Below, one piece after another: positions 23,900 to 32,000 of a stretch of 32,000 nt of DNA; within the stretch, counting starts at the first letter, position 1, and each line of letters begins with the position of its first letter. The notes below the pieces were generated by a model. The model searched no databases, was not told where the DNA came from, and saw nothing but the letters and a program-made list of their open reading frames with translations. The position numbers were made by a program, and so were the translations under genes. The stretch lies in NCBI RefSeq assembly GCF_000235445.1, contig NZ_JH378833.1, positions 25,573 through 57,572 on the forward strand. The letters are read 5' to 3'. This stretch comes from Johnsonella ignava ATCC 51276 (GTDB taxonomy: Bacteria; Bacillota; Clostridia; Lachnospirales; Lachnospiraceae).

Positions 23900-24953
23900 T
23901 ACATCCCTCATTGTCTCCATCGCAGACAGATATATCTGCAAATTCCGCATTCATACCAAGCACCAGATTGTCATAATACCAGAAATAAATTTTTTCATTA
24001 TTATAATCTATTATTTCAATATTATCCGGTGCATAGCCATTGATTCTTAAATTAAACACGGAAGCGTTATGTGTAACATCTCCATAAAATCCTCCGTCTG
24101 TCGGTCTTGAACTGAGTCTTGAGCGAATTTGTTCTATAAACTCCATATTTTTATCTTCATATAATGTCAGCAGCTCCTGTGCTCCTTTTAGAACAATATC
24201 CAGATCCGTATTGACATAAAAAGGACATATATATTCGGGAATATTTCGATTCAGCTTAAAACCTATCAGCCGCTGTCTTTTGTCTGCCTTTTTTGTAATC
24301 AGAATATTATAATAATCAAATATTGAAGCATTTGATGCGGGCATTAAATATTCCCCATACCTTTCACGCATATTGTCAGGCTCTAAAACTTCTTTAATAT
24401 CCTCCTTACAATCACCAAGGATATACAGCATATTCGGATCATTTTTTACGGCTTCTTCCAGAGAATAATATACTCTTTTCTTAGAAAAAACATAATCAGC
24501 TCCTTTATATTCACGGTATTTCTTAAACCATAAGCATGTCATATTTATCATTTTTATTACGTCTTTATCATTGCCCTTATATTCTATATATCCGTATTCC
24601 AAACCAGGTATATCATATATGCCGGAAGCCGGCATATATACGGCTTCCGGATGATATGTAACCTTTTCATTATTTAATGCATATATCTCACAATTCCATT
24701 CGGGATATAATTCATAGCTTTTTTTTAAAAAGATGCCTGATGTATCGTTATCATCTAAAAATGAGATATGAAAACTTACCTGTAAAAAATTTTCGACTTC
24801 TTCAAGATGTTCCCTGCTGCAAACCAGTAAATTCATAATCGAAAGTATACTTGTTGCAAAAATCAATACTATTGCAGTTTTCTTGTACTTTGTCATTTCT
24901 AAAATTTTCTTTAAAAGACTGACCATTACTATTATATTACCTCCTATTAACAT
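23889..24953 (-). CDS. Hypothetical membrane-anchored protein (about 345-354 aa) with no recognisable domain
   Basis: The N-terminal TM/signal-anchor is KKTAIVLIFATSILSIMNLLVCS, followed by about 300 aa with no motif I recognise. The start is ambiguous: ATG at 24953 has no SD, ATG at 24926 lies 13 nt after AGGAGG, and ATG at 24896 is also possible. Confidence 0.7.
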   Translation of the reverse strand: MLIGGNIIVMVSLLKKILEMTKYKKTAIVLIFATSILSIMNLLVCSREHLEEVENFLQVSFHISFLDDNDTSGIFLKKSYELYPEWNCEIYALNNEKVTYHPEAVYMPASGIYDIPGLEYGYIEYKGNDKDVIKMINMTCLWFKKYREYKGADYVFSKKRVYYSLEEAVKNDPNMLYILGDCKEDIKEVLEPDNMRERYGEYLMPASNASIFDYYNILITKKADKRQRLIGFKLNRNIPEYICPFYVNTDLDIVLKGAQELLTLYEDKNMEFIEQIRSRLSSRPTDGGFYGDVTHNASVFNLRINGYAPDNIEIIDYNNEKIYFWYYDNLVLGMNAEFADISVCDGDNEGCNEK

Positions 24954-25289
24954 GACATGTGTTTTTACGGCTTATTTTAATACCGGTTGAAATTAACTGA
25001 CTGTAATATTAAGTGCTGTAAAATTATTTTAAAATTACCGGTCGGATATATATAGACTCATATAAACATATACTGATATACATATATACAGCTGTCTTAA
25101 TGACTCATCAACCTTGCAACTTAATAACTGATATCCTTAATATTTTCTTAAGAATATCATAACTTTTTCGCACTGTCAACGGTGTTTTCAAAAATTCTAA
25201 TAGTAAGAACTGCTTTTATGTTATACTGTCTATGAAATATATTTTAATAATATAAAACTATAAAATCTATTTAAGCGGATATTTAAAGT

Positions 25290-25823
25290 ATGAATTACAT
25301 TTATAACAAATCAATCATTTTATGCGGATTTATGGCATGCGGAAAAAGTACCGTCGGAAAAGAGCTTGCTTTACGGTTAGAGCTCCCCTATATTGATACT
25401 GATGAACTGATTGTATCAAAAAGCGGTATGAGCATACCTGATATTTTTGTACACGAAGGCGAAGCTGTATTTAGAGAATATGAAAAAAATACAGTACATT
25501 ATATATCCTGCCTGCCGCCACATGTTATATCAAGCGGTGCAGGCATGCTTTGCACAAAAGAAAACGCCGTTCTTTTAAAAAATAATGCAATTATAATATA
25601 CATATACAGAGATTTTCCGACTATATTCAATATAATATCAAATGATAAAAACAGACCTATGGCATATGGAAAAGATTATAATGAAATTAAAAAGCTCTAT
25701 GATTTTAGAGCACAAAAATATATAGCACATTCAAATTTTATGGTTGAAAATTTAAATACCGTTAAAACCTGTACTGAAAGCATAGTATTAAAGCTTTTTA
25801 ACTTCTATGGGAACACTGATTAA
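25290..25823 (+). CDS. aroK: Shikimate kinase
   Basis: 177 aa. Motifs seen: P-loop LCGFMACGKSTVGKELA, YIDTDELI, FREYE, GAG. Confidence 0.88.
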   Translation: MNYIYNKSIILCGFMACGKSTVGKELALRLELPYIDTDELIVSKSGMSIPDIFVHEGEAVFREYEKNTVHYISCLPPHVISSGAGMLCTKENAVLLKNNAIIIYIYRDFPTIFNIISNDKNRPMAYGKDYNEIKKLYDFRAQKYIAHSNFMVENLNTVKTCTESIVLKLFNFYGNTD

Positions 25824-25854
25824 GTGCTCCCATAGACAAAAACTAAAACCTACA

Positions 25855-26073
25855 TTATGATTTGCCGGGAATATCTTTACTGACTTTTTTTATACTCTTT
25901 TCAATATTTCTCCTTGCAATCATAAGCTGATGAGCACATCCAAGACATTTTATCCTCAGATCCTGCCCTACACGCAACACCTCCCAATCACTGCTTCCGC
26001 AGGGATGTTTTTTTTTCATTGTTATTATATCGCCTACATTTAATTGCATAACATTATACAACCTCATTAACAT
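25855..26073 (-). CDS. DUF951 family small protein
   Basis: The core is VGDIITMKKKHPCGSSDWEVLRVGQDLRIKCLGCAHQLMIARRNIEKSIKKV (four Cys). The start is uncertain: 26073, or the internal ATG at 26049 (MQLNVGD). It overlaps or abuts the stop of the upstream GNAT gene. Confidence 0.75.
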   Translation of the reverse strand: MLMRLYNVMQLNVGDIITMKKKHPCGSSDWEVLRVGQDLRIKCLGCAHQLMIARRNIEKSIKKVSKDIPGKS

Positions 26074-27121
26074 ACATTTTTTTTAAACATTTTACCTTTT
26101 TGCAAAATTCATATTTATAATAATCGGCAGGCTTTTTATAGCCGAAAAGCCAGGCTGCCATCTCATCTATTGTAAATACAGGGCATTTTTCATTCCGGCT
26201 TATATCGCAGATTTTATTTTCTTTTCTTTTAATAAATGAACCTGACTTACTGATATTCCATACAAAGCTTCCGTTGTTTTCACTTATAAGATCATCTTTA
26301 ATACATATATCAACCTTTATACAGTCCTCAGAAACATTATCTTCAAGCGATATCTGTTTTACAAATTCATCAAGTTTTATAATTCTTCCCATCATATAGG
26401 GTTTATCAGTATATAACAGTTCAGCACAATCACTGCTGCATAAAAACTCCCTGTCCTCTCGCTTTTGTATACCCCAGAAAATTCTGTATCCTGATAAAAC
26501 CTTATCATCCGACATTAAAAGCTCAATCATGCCGTTCTCAGACTCAATCTCAATAATAAGTCTTTTAATATATTCCTCATCTCTTATACAGTAGATATCG
26601 CTTATCTGTGAAAGCCTCTTATTCATAAAATCTGCCAGTTCAGCCAAACAGCTGTTATTATAAGGCTTCACTGAAAGGCGTATATCCTTTTTTAAACTTG
26701 TGCCTATATATTTTGAAATAAAAGTAAAACCAAAAGGTTCATAATAAGCCGGATTTGCCGGAAGCAAAAATGTAAACGGCATATTTTCTTTATAGAGCAG
26801 CTTAAAAGCATACTTAAGCAGTCCCCTCATAAGCCCCTGCCTGCGGTATTTAAGTGCGGTTGCCACCGCAACTATATATGCGGCTTCAAATTCCGTATCT
26901 CCAAATTTTATCCTGTAAGGATTTAAGTGAAGCATAGCTTTTATCTCAGGTATTGTACTGCCTTGTGCATCATTTTCTCTTTCAATATCTGCGACTATCT
27001 TATTATATTTTATCTTTTCCGTATAGTAGTAATCTATAAATCGCTCTGAATCCTCAGGAAATGCCTCCTCATAAAGTTTCCTGCTGTGTATTTTTTCATC
27101 ATAATTTAAAAGCTTCAACAT
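26054..27121 (-). CDS. Eis-like GNAT N-acetyltransferase with a C-terminal SCP2-like region
   Basis: The acetyl-CoA motif is VAVATALKYRRQGLMRGLLKYAF, followed by FLLPANPAYYEPFGF. The length of about 355 aa is typical of the enhanced-intracellular-survival-type GNATs. I prefer the ATG at 27121 (SD AGAGGA 7 nt upstream). The ORF-track start at 27127 is a TTG. Confidence 0.75.
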   Translation of the reverse strand: MLKLLNYDEKIHSRKLYEEAFPEDSERFIDYYYTEKIKYNKIVADIERENDAQGSTIPEIKAMLHLNPYRIKFGDTEFEAAYIVAVATALKYRRQGLMRGLLKYAFKLLYKENMPFTFLLPANPAYYEPFGFTFISKYIGTSLKKDIRLSVKPYNNSCLAELADFMNKRLSQISDIYCIRDEEYIKRLIIEIESENGMIELLMSDDKVLSGYRIFWGIQKREDREFLCSSDCAELLYTDKPYMMGRIIKLDEFVKQISLEDNVSEDCIKVDICIKDDLISENNGSFVWNISKSGSFIKRKENKICDISRNEKCPVFTIDEMAAWLFGYKKPADYYKYEFCKKVKCLKKMYVNEVV

Positions 27122-27137
27122 AAGCAATTCCTCTTAA

Positions 27138-27159
27138 ATGGTACAATAATGGTACAATA
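27138..27159. repeat. Perfect 11-bp direct tandem repeat (ATGGTACAATA x2) just upstream of the GNAT gene's SD
   Basis: The minus strand reads TATTGTACCAT TATTGTACCAT TTAAGAGGAATTGCTT ATG. Confidence 0.9.
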
Positions 27160-27321
27160 AGCATTTAAATAAACTATAAGCTTTATTCTTACCGATTATA
27201 ATTTACCTTAAACTTTATTTTAAAGGCATTTATAATCCCCATATATCTATTATAATGATTTATGATTTAAGGTTTAATATTGATGGTTTAAAGTTTAAGG
27301 TTTAAAGTTTAAGATTTAATA

Positions 27322-28341
27322 TCAAAAATCAAGCTGTTCAACATAATACTTCCTTGCATAATCTATGGGATAATAGCTTTCTTTAGCTCTCCTTAAACCT
27401 TCTATCCCAAGATCATCCTCCCTGTTTATTATCCCGGCATAGGGAAATTCATTTACAAGAAATTCTTTATTTATAAACTGATAAAGTCCCGGTATATCGG
27501 CATTAGCTTTTTCTATATGTATTACCGCCATATCCTCAAGCTGATTATAGCTGCCTATAGTAAAGGCTTCCAGCCTGCCGTCAACATATACACCTCCCAG
27601 CTTTATATCAAGCTCCTGGCAGTGCTTTATAACTTCATGTACACCCTGAACCTCGGGATCAAGATGTTCCTCAACATCATCACCCTTATGTTCTCTCCAT
27701 TTTGCAAGAAATTCAAACACATCATCCCTTGCACAGCATTTCAGCCTCTTATACTCATATCTGCCTGCATAATCCTTTATAAACCTGTTGTAATGATTTT
27801 TCTTTTTATGGAGTTTCTTACCTGAAAGGCTCCTAAGTGCATCCCCGTCATACAGGTAATCTTTTAAATCAACCTCCTCCTTTACAAGAAAACTTTCCTG
27901 AGGCAGATTCAGGCTTTCTATTGCAGCTTCATCAGCAAGTCTTATAACAAGCTTTCTGTTTAACTCTTTATTAAAATATCTTACCGTTTCATCAAAGCAA
28001 TACTGCAAATTCTCCTGGCTGCACATAGGCATGGCTGAATAAATCTCACCTTCAGACTCCATAAGCCATAACATCCCCGCCTCTTTACCGTCTTTAAATG
28101 CGATTGCCGCCTTTACATTATAATAGTCCTTCCATAAAAAGCTTTCCAGACTAACACTATCACAGGTTTTATTATGCCTAAGCCCGTAAAATTTATCATA
28201 ATAGTGAAATTTTTCAGCTTTAATGGGTTTAAATATAAGTTTTCCACTGCCATCTTTTATATTGTCTTCATGATCATAAATCTCAACATTTTTATCCATA
28301 TTCCTTTTTAAGATATTTTTTAAATATCTCATCTCCGTCAT
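27322..28341 (-). CDS. DUF2156 domain protein (related to the C-terminal aminoacyl-phosphatidylglycerol synthase domain of MprF/LysX)
   Basis: 339 aa. The strings SLESFLWKDYY, LSGKKLHKKKNHYNRF, EFLAKW and PGLYQFINKEF are consistent with my recollection of the DUF2156 family. Unverified. Confidence 0.7.
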   Translation of the reverse strand: MTEMRYLKNILKRNMDKNVEIYDHEDNIKDGSGKLIFKPIKAEKFHYYDKFYGLRHNKTCDSVSLESFLWKDYYNVKAAIAFKDGKEAGMLWLMESEGEIYSAMPMCSQENLQYCFDETVRYFNKELNRKLVIRLADEAAIESLNLPQESFLVKEEVDLKDYLYDGDALRSLSGKKLHKKKNHYNRFIKDYAGRYEYKRLKCCARDDVFEFLAKWREHKGDDVEEHLDPEVQGVHEVIKHCQELDIKLGGVYVDGRLEAFTIGSYNQLEDMAVIHIEKANADIPGLYQFINKEFLVNEFPYAGIINREDDLGIEGLRRAKESYYPIDYARKYYVEQLDF

Positions 28342-28685
28342 ATATATTCTGATTTTATAGTTTTAGTCTTATAATGCAAGGAAACTGTAATTAAATGTTC
28401 CCCTGCTGAAATCGCAGGCATTTTGTCATTGCTATGTGATTTTTAAGCCTATCTATGCGATTTTTGGCATATCATCTATTCAAAATTCTCTAAAAAAATA
28501 ATACTCAAATCAGTATTGCATTATAAAATCTTTGTCTTACACAGAACCATTATAACACATATGCAGTTTAAATGTAAGCAATAAATTTGCAACCAATAGA
28601 TTTTTTACAATTGATAGATTTATTGCATTCTAATCATATATCTATAAAATAACAATACAATAGGTATTAATATAGAGATGGCTTT

Positions 28686-29159
28686 TTATTCCTCTACAGG
28701 ATTTAATTTTCCTGTGATTTTATCCAACATGATACGATATATTTTCACATTGATAATTTCTCCGCATCGCTCAAGTTGATAATCTCCATATTCATAATGT
28801 TCTAATATAAGTCTTAACCCCTTTATGATTTCTTCCTTGTTATAAACCTCTTCACATTTCCCGAACCCGATTATACTCTCATATCGTGCCGTTATACCAT
28901 GACTTGTTTTCTGAACTTTAAAAAAATTATCAGCTTCTACACAGACATTCGGATTTCTTGCAAGCAATTCGATTTTCATACCCTGTGTTGCAGAATGAAA
29001 ATATACAACCGGTTTTTGATCAATGATTTCAAAGCCGAAGGAAACCGGTACAATATATGGAAATTCATCATCATACATACCTATGCGAATAGTATTGCTC
29101 CTTTTCAATATACTCAATATTTCTGTATTATCAATAACTTCTCTGTCTTTTCTGCGCAT
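28686..29159 (-). CDS. Pyridoxamine 5'-phosphate oxidase-family FMN-binding protein (NimA-like)
   Basis: 157 aa. SD AGAGAGG is present. The N-terminus MRRKDREV..ILSIL..IRIGMYDDEFPYIVPVSFGF is typical of this family. Confidence 0.8.
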   Translation of the reverse strand: MRRKDREVIDNTEILSILKRSNTIRIGMYDDEFPYIVPVSFGFEIIDQKPVVYFHSATQGMKIELLARNPNVCVEADNFFKVQKTSHGITARYESIIGFGKCEEVYNKEEIIKGLRLILEHYEYGDYQLERCGEIINVKIYRIMLDKITGKLNPVEE

Positions 29160-29493
29160 TTTAATTTACCTCTCTAAATTAAGCCGGTTTTTACCGTTTT
29201 AAGATAAACGGTCAGTTGCAGTATATCACTGTTTACTGCTTTTGACCAGTTTAAGCTGCTATCCTTTTAAACCTCCGTTCATTTAAAGTCATTATCCTCT
29301 TAAAATTTTATATATAAACTATAATTAATTTATATTTCATTGCTATTATCCCAATGAATTGTATAAAATCATTTTAGGTGTTTTGGTTGTATTTTATATA
29401 TTTTGGGAAATATCCATATCTTATTTTACATACTATCTACAATAAGACTTTATCTGAAAATGCTCTTTTACAAAGTCTATATCTATAAAAACA

Positions 29494-29522
29494 TTTACAT
29501 TTGTATGCATGTTATGTATAAT
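29494..29522 (+). promoter_or_regulatory. Candidate sigma-A promoter for the 692-aa surface protein gene
   Basis: TTTACA (29494-29499), a 17-nt spacer, then TATAAT (29517-29522). This gives a leader of about 130 nt. Confidence 0.45.
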
Positions 29523-29659
29523 GACACAAATATTGTTTTTGCTTTGCGGACATTCATGCTGCCCTTAAAACTTTCCATATGTCCTAAAGCTCTTAAAATA
29601 ATATAATTAATATTTTGTAGGTATTAAAGCACTTAAAATTAAAATTTGAAGGAGATTAA

Positions 29660-31738
29660 ATGAATTTAAGTAAAAGAAGTACAAACACCTTAAGCATGGT
29701 TTTGGCATCATGTATGATTCTTACGGTACCTTCGATCAATACATATGCACAGACAAATAATTCAGGCTATAATTTCGATTTTGATGAATCCGAAGATAGC
29801 GAACTATTATATAACTATAATGAAGATGCTGCAATTACCGCTACAAACAGTAGTGCACTTCTTCCAAGAAATGTATCGGGCATAGAGCATATTGAAATCA
29901 CGCATACAACAGATAAAAATGATTTACAAACACGTATACAAAATGCTCTTAATGCAGGCAAGGATGTTTCCGTTTCCGGAAAAAATTACGATGAACATGG
30001 AACAGTTAATAACAACTTACATACAATATCAATTTCAGTGCCGGCAGGCAGAAAAGTTACATGGGACGCATCCATATCAAGCAATCACAGCGATCTTGAC
30101 GACTATCTTTTGCGTATATCAGGTCCCGGCAAATTTGAATTTAAAGGCGGAACCCTGAAAATCTCCGCAAATAACAGTCCCGCCTCTGTAATCACCCTCT
30201 CGGACAATGCAGATTTACATATAAGCGGGGGAATTTTGCGCACGGAATCCAATGCCGAAGTATCTCTTATACTTGCCCAAAATACAAGCAAGATACATAT
30301 GACAAATGGTCAAATATTAGCTTATAAAAAGAAAAAAACTGCTATCAGTTCCGATGGTGAGGTTATAATTGACGGCGGTGAGATAGTAACGGGAGCAGAT
30401 CCTGATAATCCTGCAAACAGCGGCATCGCAGTAAGTTTATATACAAATAACGGTAACTTAAAATTTAATTCCGGTCTGATTTTAGGATATGGAGCCGAAA
30501 GTGCAGATGATCTTATAAAAACACAAAACGGAGCAAATAAATCCTTAAACGGAGGTGTGGTTATAGCATATAAAAAATATACTAATCCAAGAACCACCTA
30601 CTTAAAAGGCTCAAAGATCAACCTTTCAGTACTGCCCCAGACGGCTGAAGCTTATTGGGACAAGGAAGGCGATGATTCAGTGGTAAGGTTTAAAAACGGC
30701 TCATATACAGGTTCTCGCCCGCTTTTAAATCATGAGGAAAACAGTAATACTATAAATGAAATCAGCTATGAACCTCTCGGAAGTATAGTTTATGATGCAA
30801 ATCCGCATACTATGACACAGATACCTAAAATAATACCTGAAAATGCAGGTAACGGAACTATAGAAGTAAAATACAAAAACAGCGGCAACATGTTTATCAC
30901 AGCTCCGGTAAATGCAGGTAAATATACAGTATATGCTTGTGTAAGAGGCAGCAGCATATATGCAGATGAGGACATTAAACTAGATGAATTTGAGATTAAA
31001 AGACGCCCTGTTAAACTTGTGATTGATGATAAAACCATAAATGCAGGCAATCCGCTTCCCACCTTTACATATAATGTAGAGGGGCTTGCCGGAACACACA
31101 GTGCATCAGATGCATTTGAAAACCTTCCGCAGCTTACTGCAAATACTGACGGAAAAGCTGCCGGAACATTTGATATAAATATATCATCAGCCTTAAATTA
31201 TAAAGAAAATTATACGGCAAACAGTATGCAGGCGGTTAAGAAAGGAAAATTAACCGTAAAAAATGCTGACGGCTCAAACCCACCCCCTTCTCAAAAGCCC
31301 GGCACCCCGCAGACACCGGAAACTCCTCAAAAACCCGGCAATAATTCACGTTCTGGAGGATCCGGCACAGGTCGTTCAGGTGGAGGTCGTTCCGGCACAG
31401 GTCGCAGCAGTTCAGGCGGTTCTTCATCATCAGGAAGCAGGTCAACAGCTGTAAATAAGAATACCGGCACTTGGGTACAGGATGCAAAAGGCTGGTGGTA
31501 CAAAAATCCCGACGGCACATGGCCGGCAGGAAAATGGCTTTATATAAGCTATAATGGAAAAAAAGACTGGTATTATTTCAATACACAGGGTTATATGACA
31601 ACCGGATGGCAGCTTATAAACAATAAATGGTATTATTTTTATGAAAATACACAGAATAGCCTTGTAAAAGGTTCTCTTGCAGTAAATACCGTTATAGGTA
31701 CATACCGTGTAGACGGAAACGGTGAATGGATAAAGTAA
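29660..31738 (+). CDS. Secreted cell-surface protein: signal peptide, repetitive beta-helix-like region, MBG-like domain(s), Pro-rich and Gly/Ser/Arg linker, and C-terminal cell-wall-binding repeats
   Basis: 692 aa. SD GAAGGAG is present. The signal peptide is ..LASCMILTVPSINTYA-QT. Recurrent G-G-x-(I/L) turns occur (GGTLKISANNS, SGGILRTESN, TNGQILAYKK, DGGEIVTGAD, NSGLILGYGA, NGGVVIAYKK). The MBG-like segment is YDANPHT..GKYTVYA..FEIKRRPVKLVIDDKTINAGNPLPTFTYNVEGLAG. These are followed by PPPSQKPGTPQTPETPQKPG, SGGSGTGRSGGGRSGTGRSSSGGSSSSGS, and GWWYKNPDG.., DWYYFNTQGYMTTGW, NKWYYFY. Confidence 0.85.
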   Translation: MNLSKRSTNTLSMVLASCMILTVPSINTYAQTNNSGYNFDFDESEDSELLYNYNEDAAITATNSSALLPRNVSGIEHIEITHTTDKNDLQTRIQNALNAGKDVSVSGKNYDEHGTVNNNLHTISISVPAGRKVTWDASISSNHSDLDDYLLRISGPGKFEFKGGTLKISANNSPASVITLSDNADLHISGGILRTESNAEVSLILAQNTSKIHMTNGQILAYKKKKTAISSDGEVIIDGGEIVTGADPDNPANSGIAVSLYTNNGNLKFNSGLILGYGAESADDLIKTQNGANKSLNGGVVIAYKKYTNPRTTYLKGSKINLSVLPQTAEAYWDKEGDDSVVRFKNGSYTGSRPLLNHEENSNTINEISYEPLGSIVYDANPHTMTQIPKIIPENAGNGTIEVKYKNSGNMFITAPVNAGKYTVYACVRGSSIYADEDIKLDEFEIKRRPVKLVIDDKTINAGNPLPTFTYNVEGLAGTHSASDAFENLPQLTANTDGKAAGTFDINISSALNYKENYTANSMQAVKKGKLTVKNADGSNPPPSQKPGTPQTPETPQKPGNNSRSGGSGTGRSGGGRSGTGRSSSGGSSSSGSRSTAVNKNTGTWVQDAKGWWYKNPDGTWPAGKWLYISYNGKKDWYYFNTQGYMTTGWQLINNKWYYFYENTQNSLVKGSLAVNTVIGTYRVDGNGEWIK

Positions 31739-31850
31739 CATCTAACCCAAAGGAAACAATGACTTTAAGCATTTTTTATGATTTAATTATTTCCTAAAAA
31801 ACTGTCAGCAGTTCCGTCTTAAACTGTAAATAAACTATCATTTTTAGTGC

Positions 31851-31877
31851 AAGACCACCCGTTTATCGGGTGGTCTT
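31851..31877. terminator. Perfect GC-rich 11-bp hairpin without a clear U-tract (possible terminator or transcript stabiliser)
   Basis: AAGACCACCCG, loop TTTAT, CGGGTGGTCTT. It lies 113 nt downstream of the surface protein stop. Confidence 0.4.
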
Positions 31878-32000
31878 ACACTGCTTATATAGTTCCTGAG
31901 TTTTTACATTTTCTTCTCCTGAGGTCCAATACAATTTTAAAAGCTCATAATTTACCTTTAACACGCTTTAAACCTAAAGCTTCCTACTTTTTCCTTTAAT

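Noticed and set aside
16392-24953. Whether the accessory segment is a mobile island, prophage remnant or known defence island
   Set aside because: I found no integrase, transposase, recombinase, tRNA attachment site, flanking direct repeats, or recognisable defence enzymes (nuclease, helicase, methylase, cyclase, TIR, SIR2). It is non-core, but there is no sequence evidence of mobility or immunity.
29403-29606. 67-aa plus-strand ORF upstream of the 692-aa surface protein gene
   Set aside because: It has no SD, spans the predicted promoter (29494-29522), and has extremely AT-biased codons (Ile/Tyr/Lys/Leu). Treated as non-coding leader and promoter DNA.

Overview
Low-GC (roughly one-third G+C) Firmicute/Clostridia-like chromosomal segment; the taxon is inferred from gene content and order. 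Most of it is conserved housekeeping. Positions 1-178 hold a minus-strand FMN riboswitch and its promoter, pointing out of the left edge. Positions 259-2575 hold a tandemly duplicated lipoprotein locus that carried a piece of the ispD 3' end with it. Positions 2.4-15.4 kb are one long minus-strand block: secA, prfB (with the classical +1 frameshift site), ACT-domain gene, hom, tex, a YcxB-like membrane gene, tsaE, tsaB, rimI, rnz, tsaD, ispD. hpf is divergent from secA. Positions 16.4-25 kb are the least ordinary part. They contain a zinc-ribbon, Asn/Tyr/Gly-rich tail-anchored protein; a large surface protein with cell-wall-binding repeats; a TerD-domain protein with a repeat-bearing N-terminal extension followed by an AIM24-like gene; a small membrane peptide; and a translationally coupled pair of membrane-anchored proteins with no motif I recognise. 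Positions 25-29 kb carry aroK, a DUF951 gene, an Eis-like GNAT, a DUF2156 gene and a PNPOx-like gene. Positions 29.7-31.7 kb encode a second surface protein sharing the C-terminal anchoring cassette of the first. I saw no rRNA, tRNA, CRISPR array, transposase, integrase or recognisable defence-system enzyme. The most interesting leads are a strong-SD 19-codon uORF with an adjacent anti-SD-like element in the secA leader, the TerD/AIM24 pair, the orphan membrane-protein pair and the prion-like zinc-ribbon protein. All of these are hypotheses from reading the sequence. No database search or computation was run.
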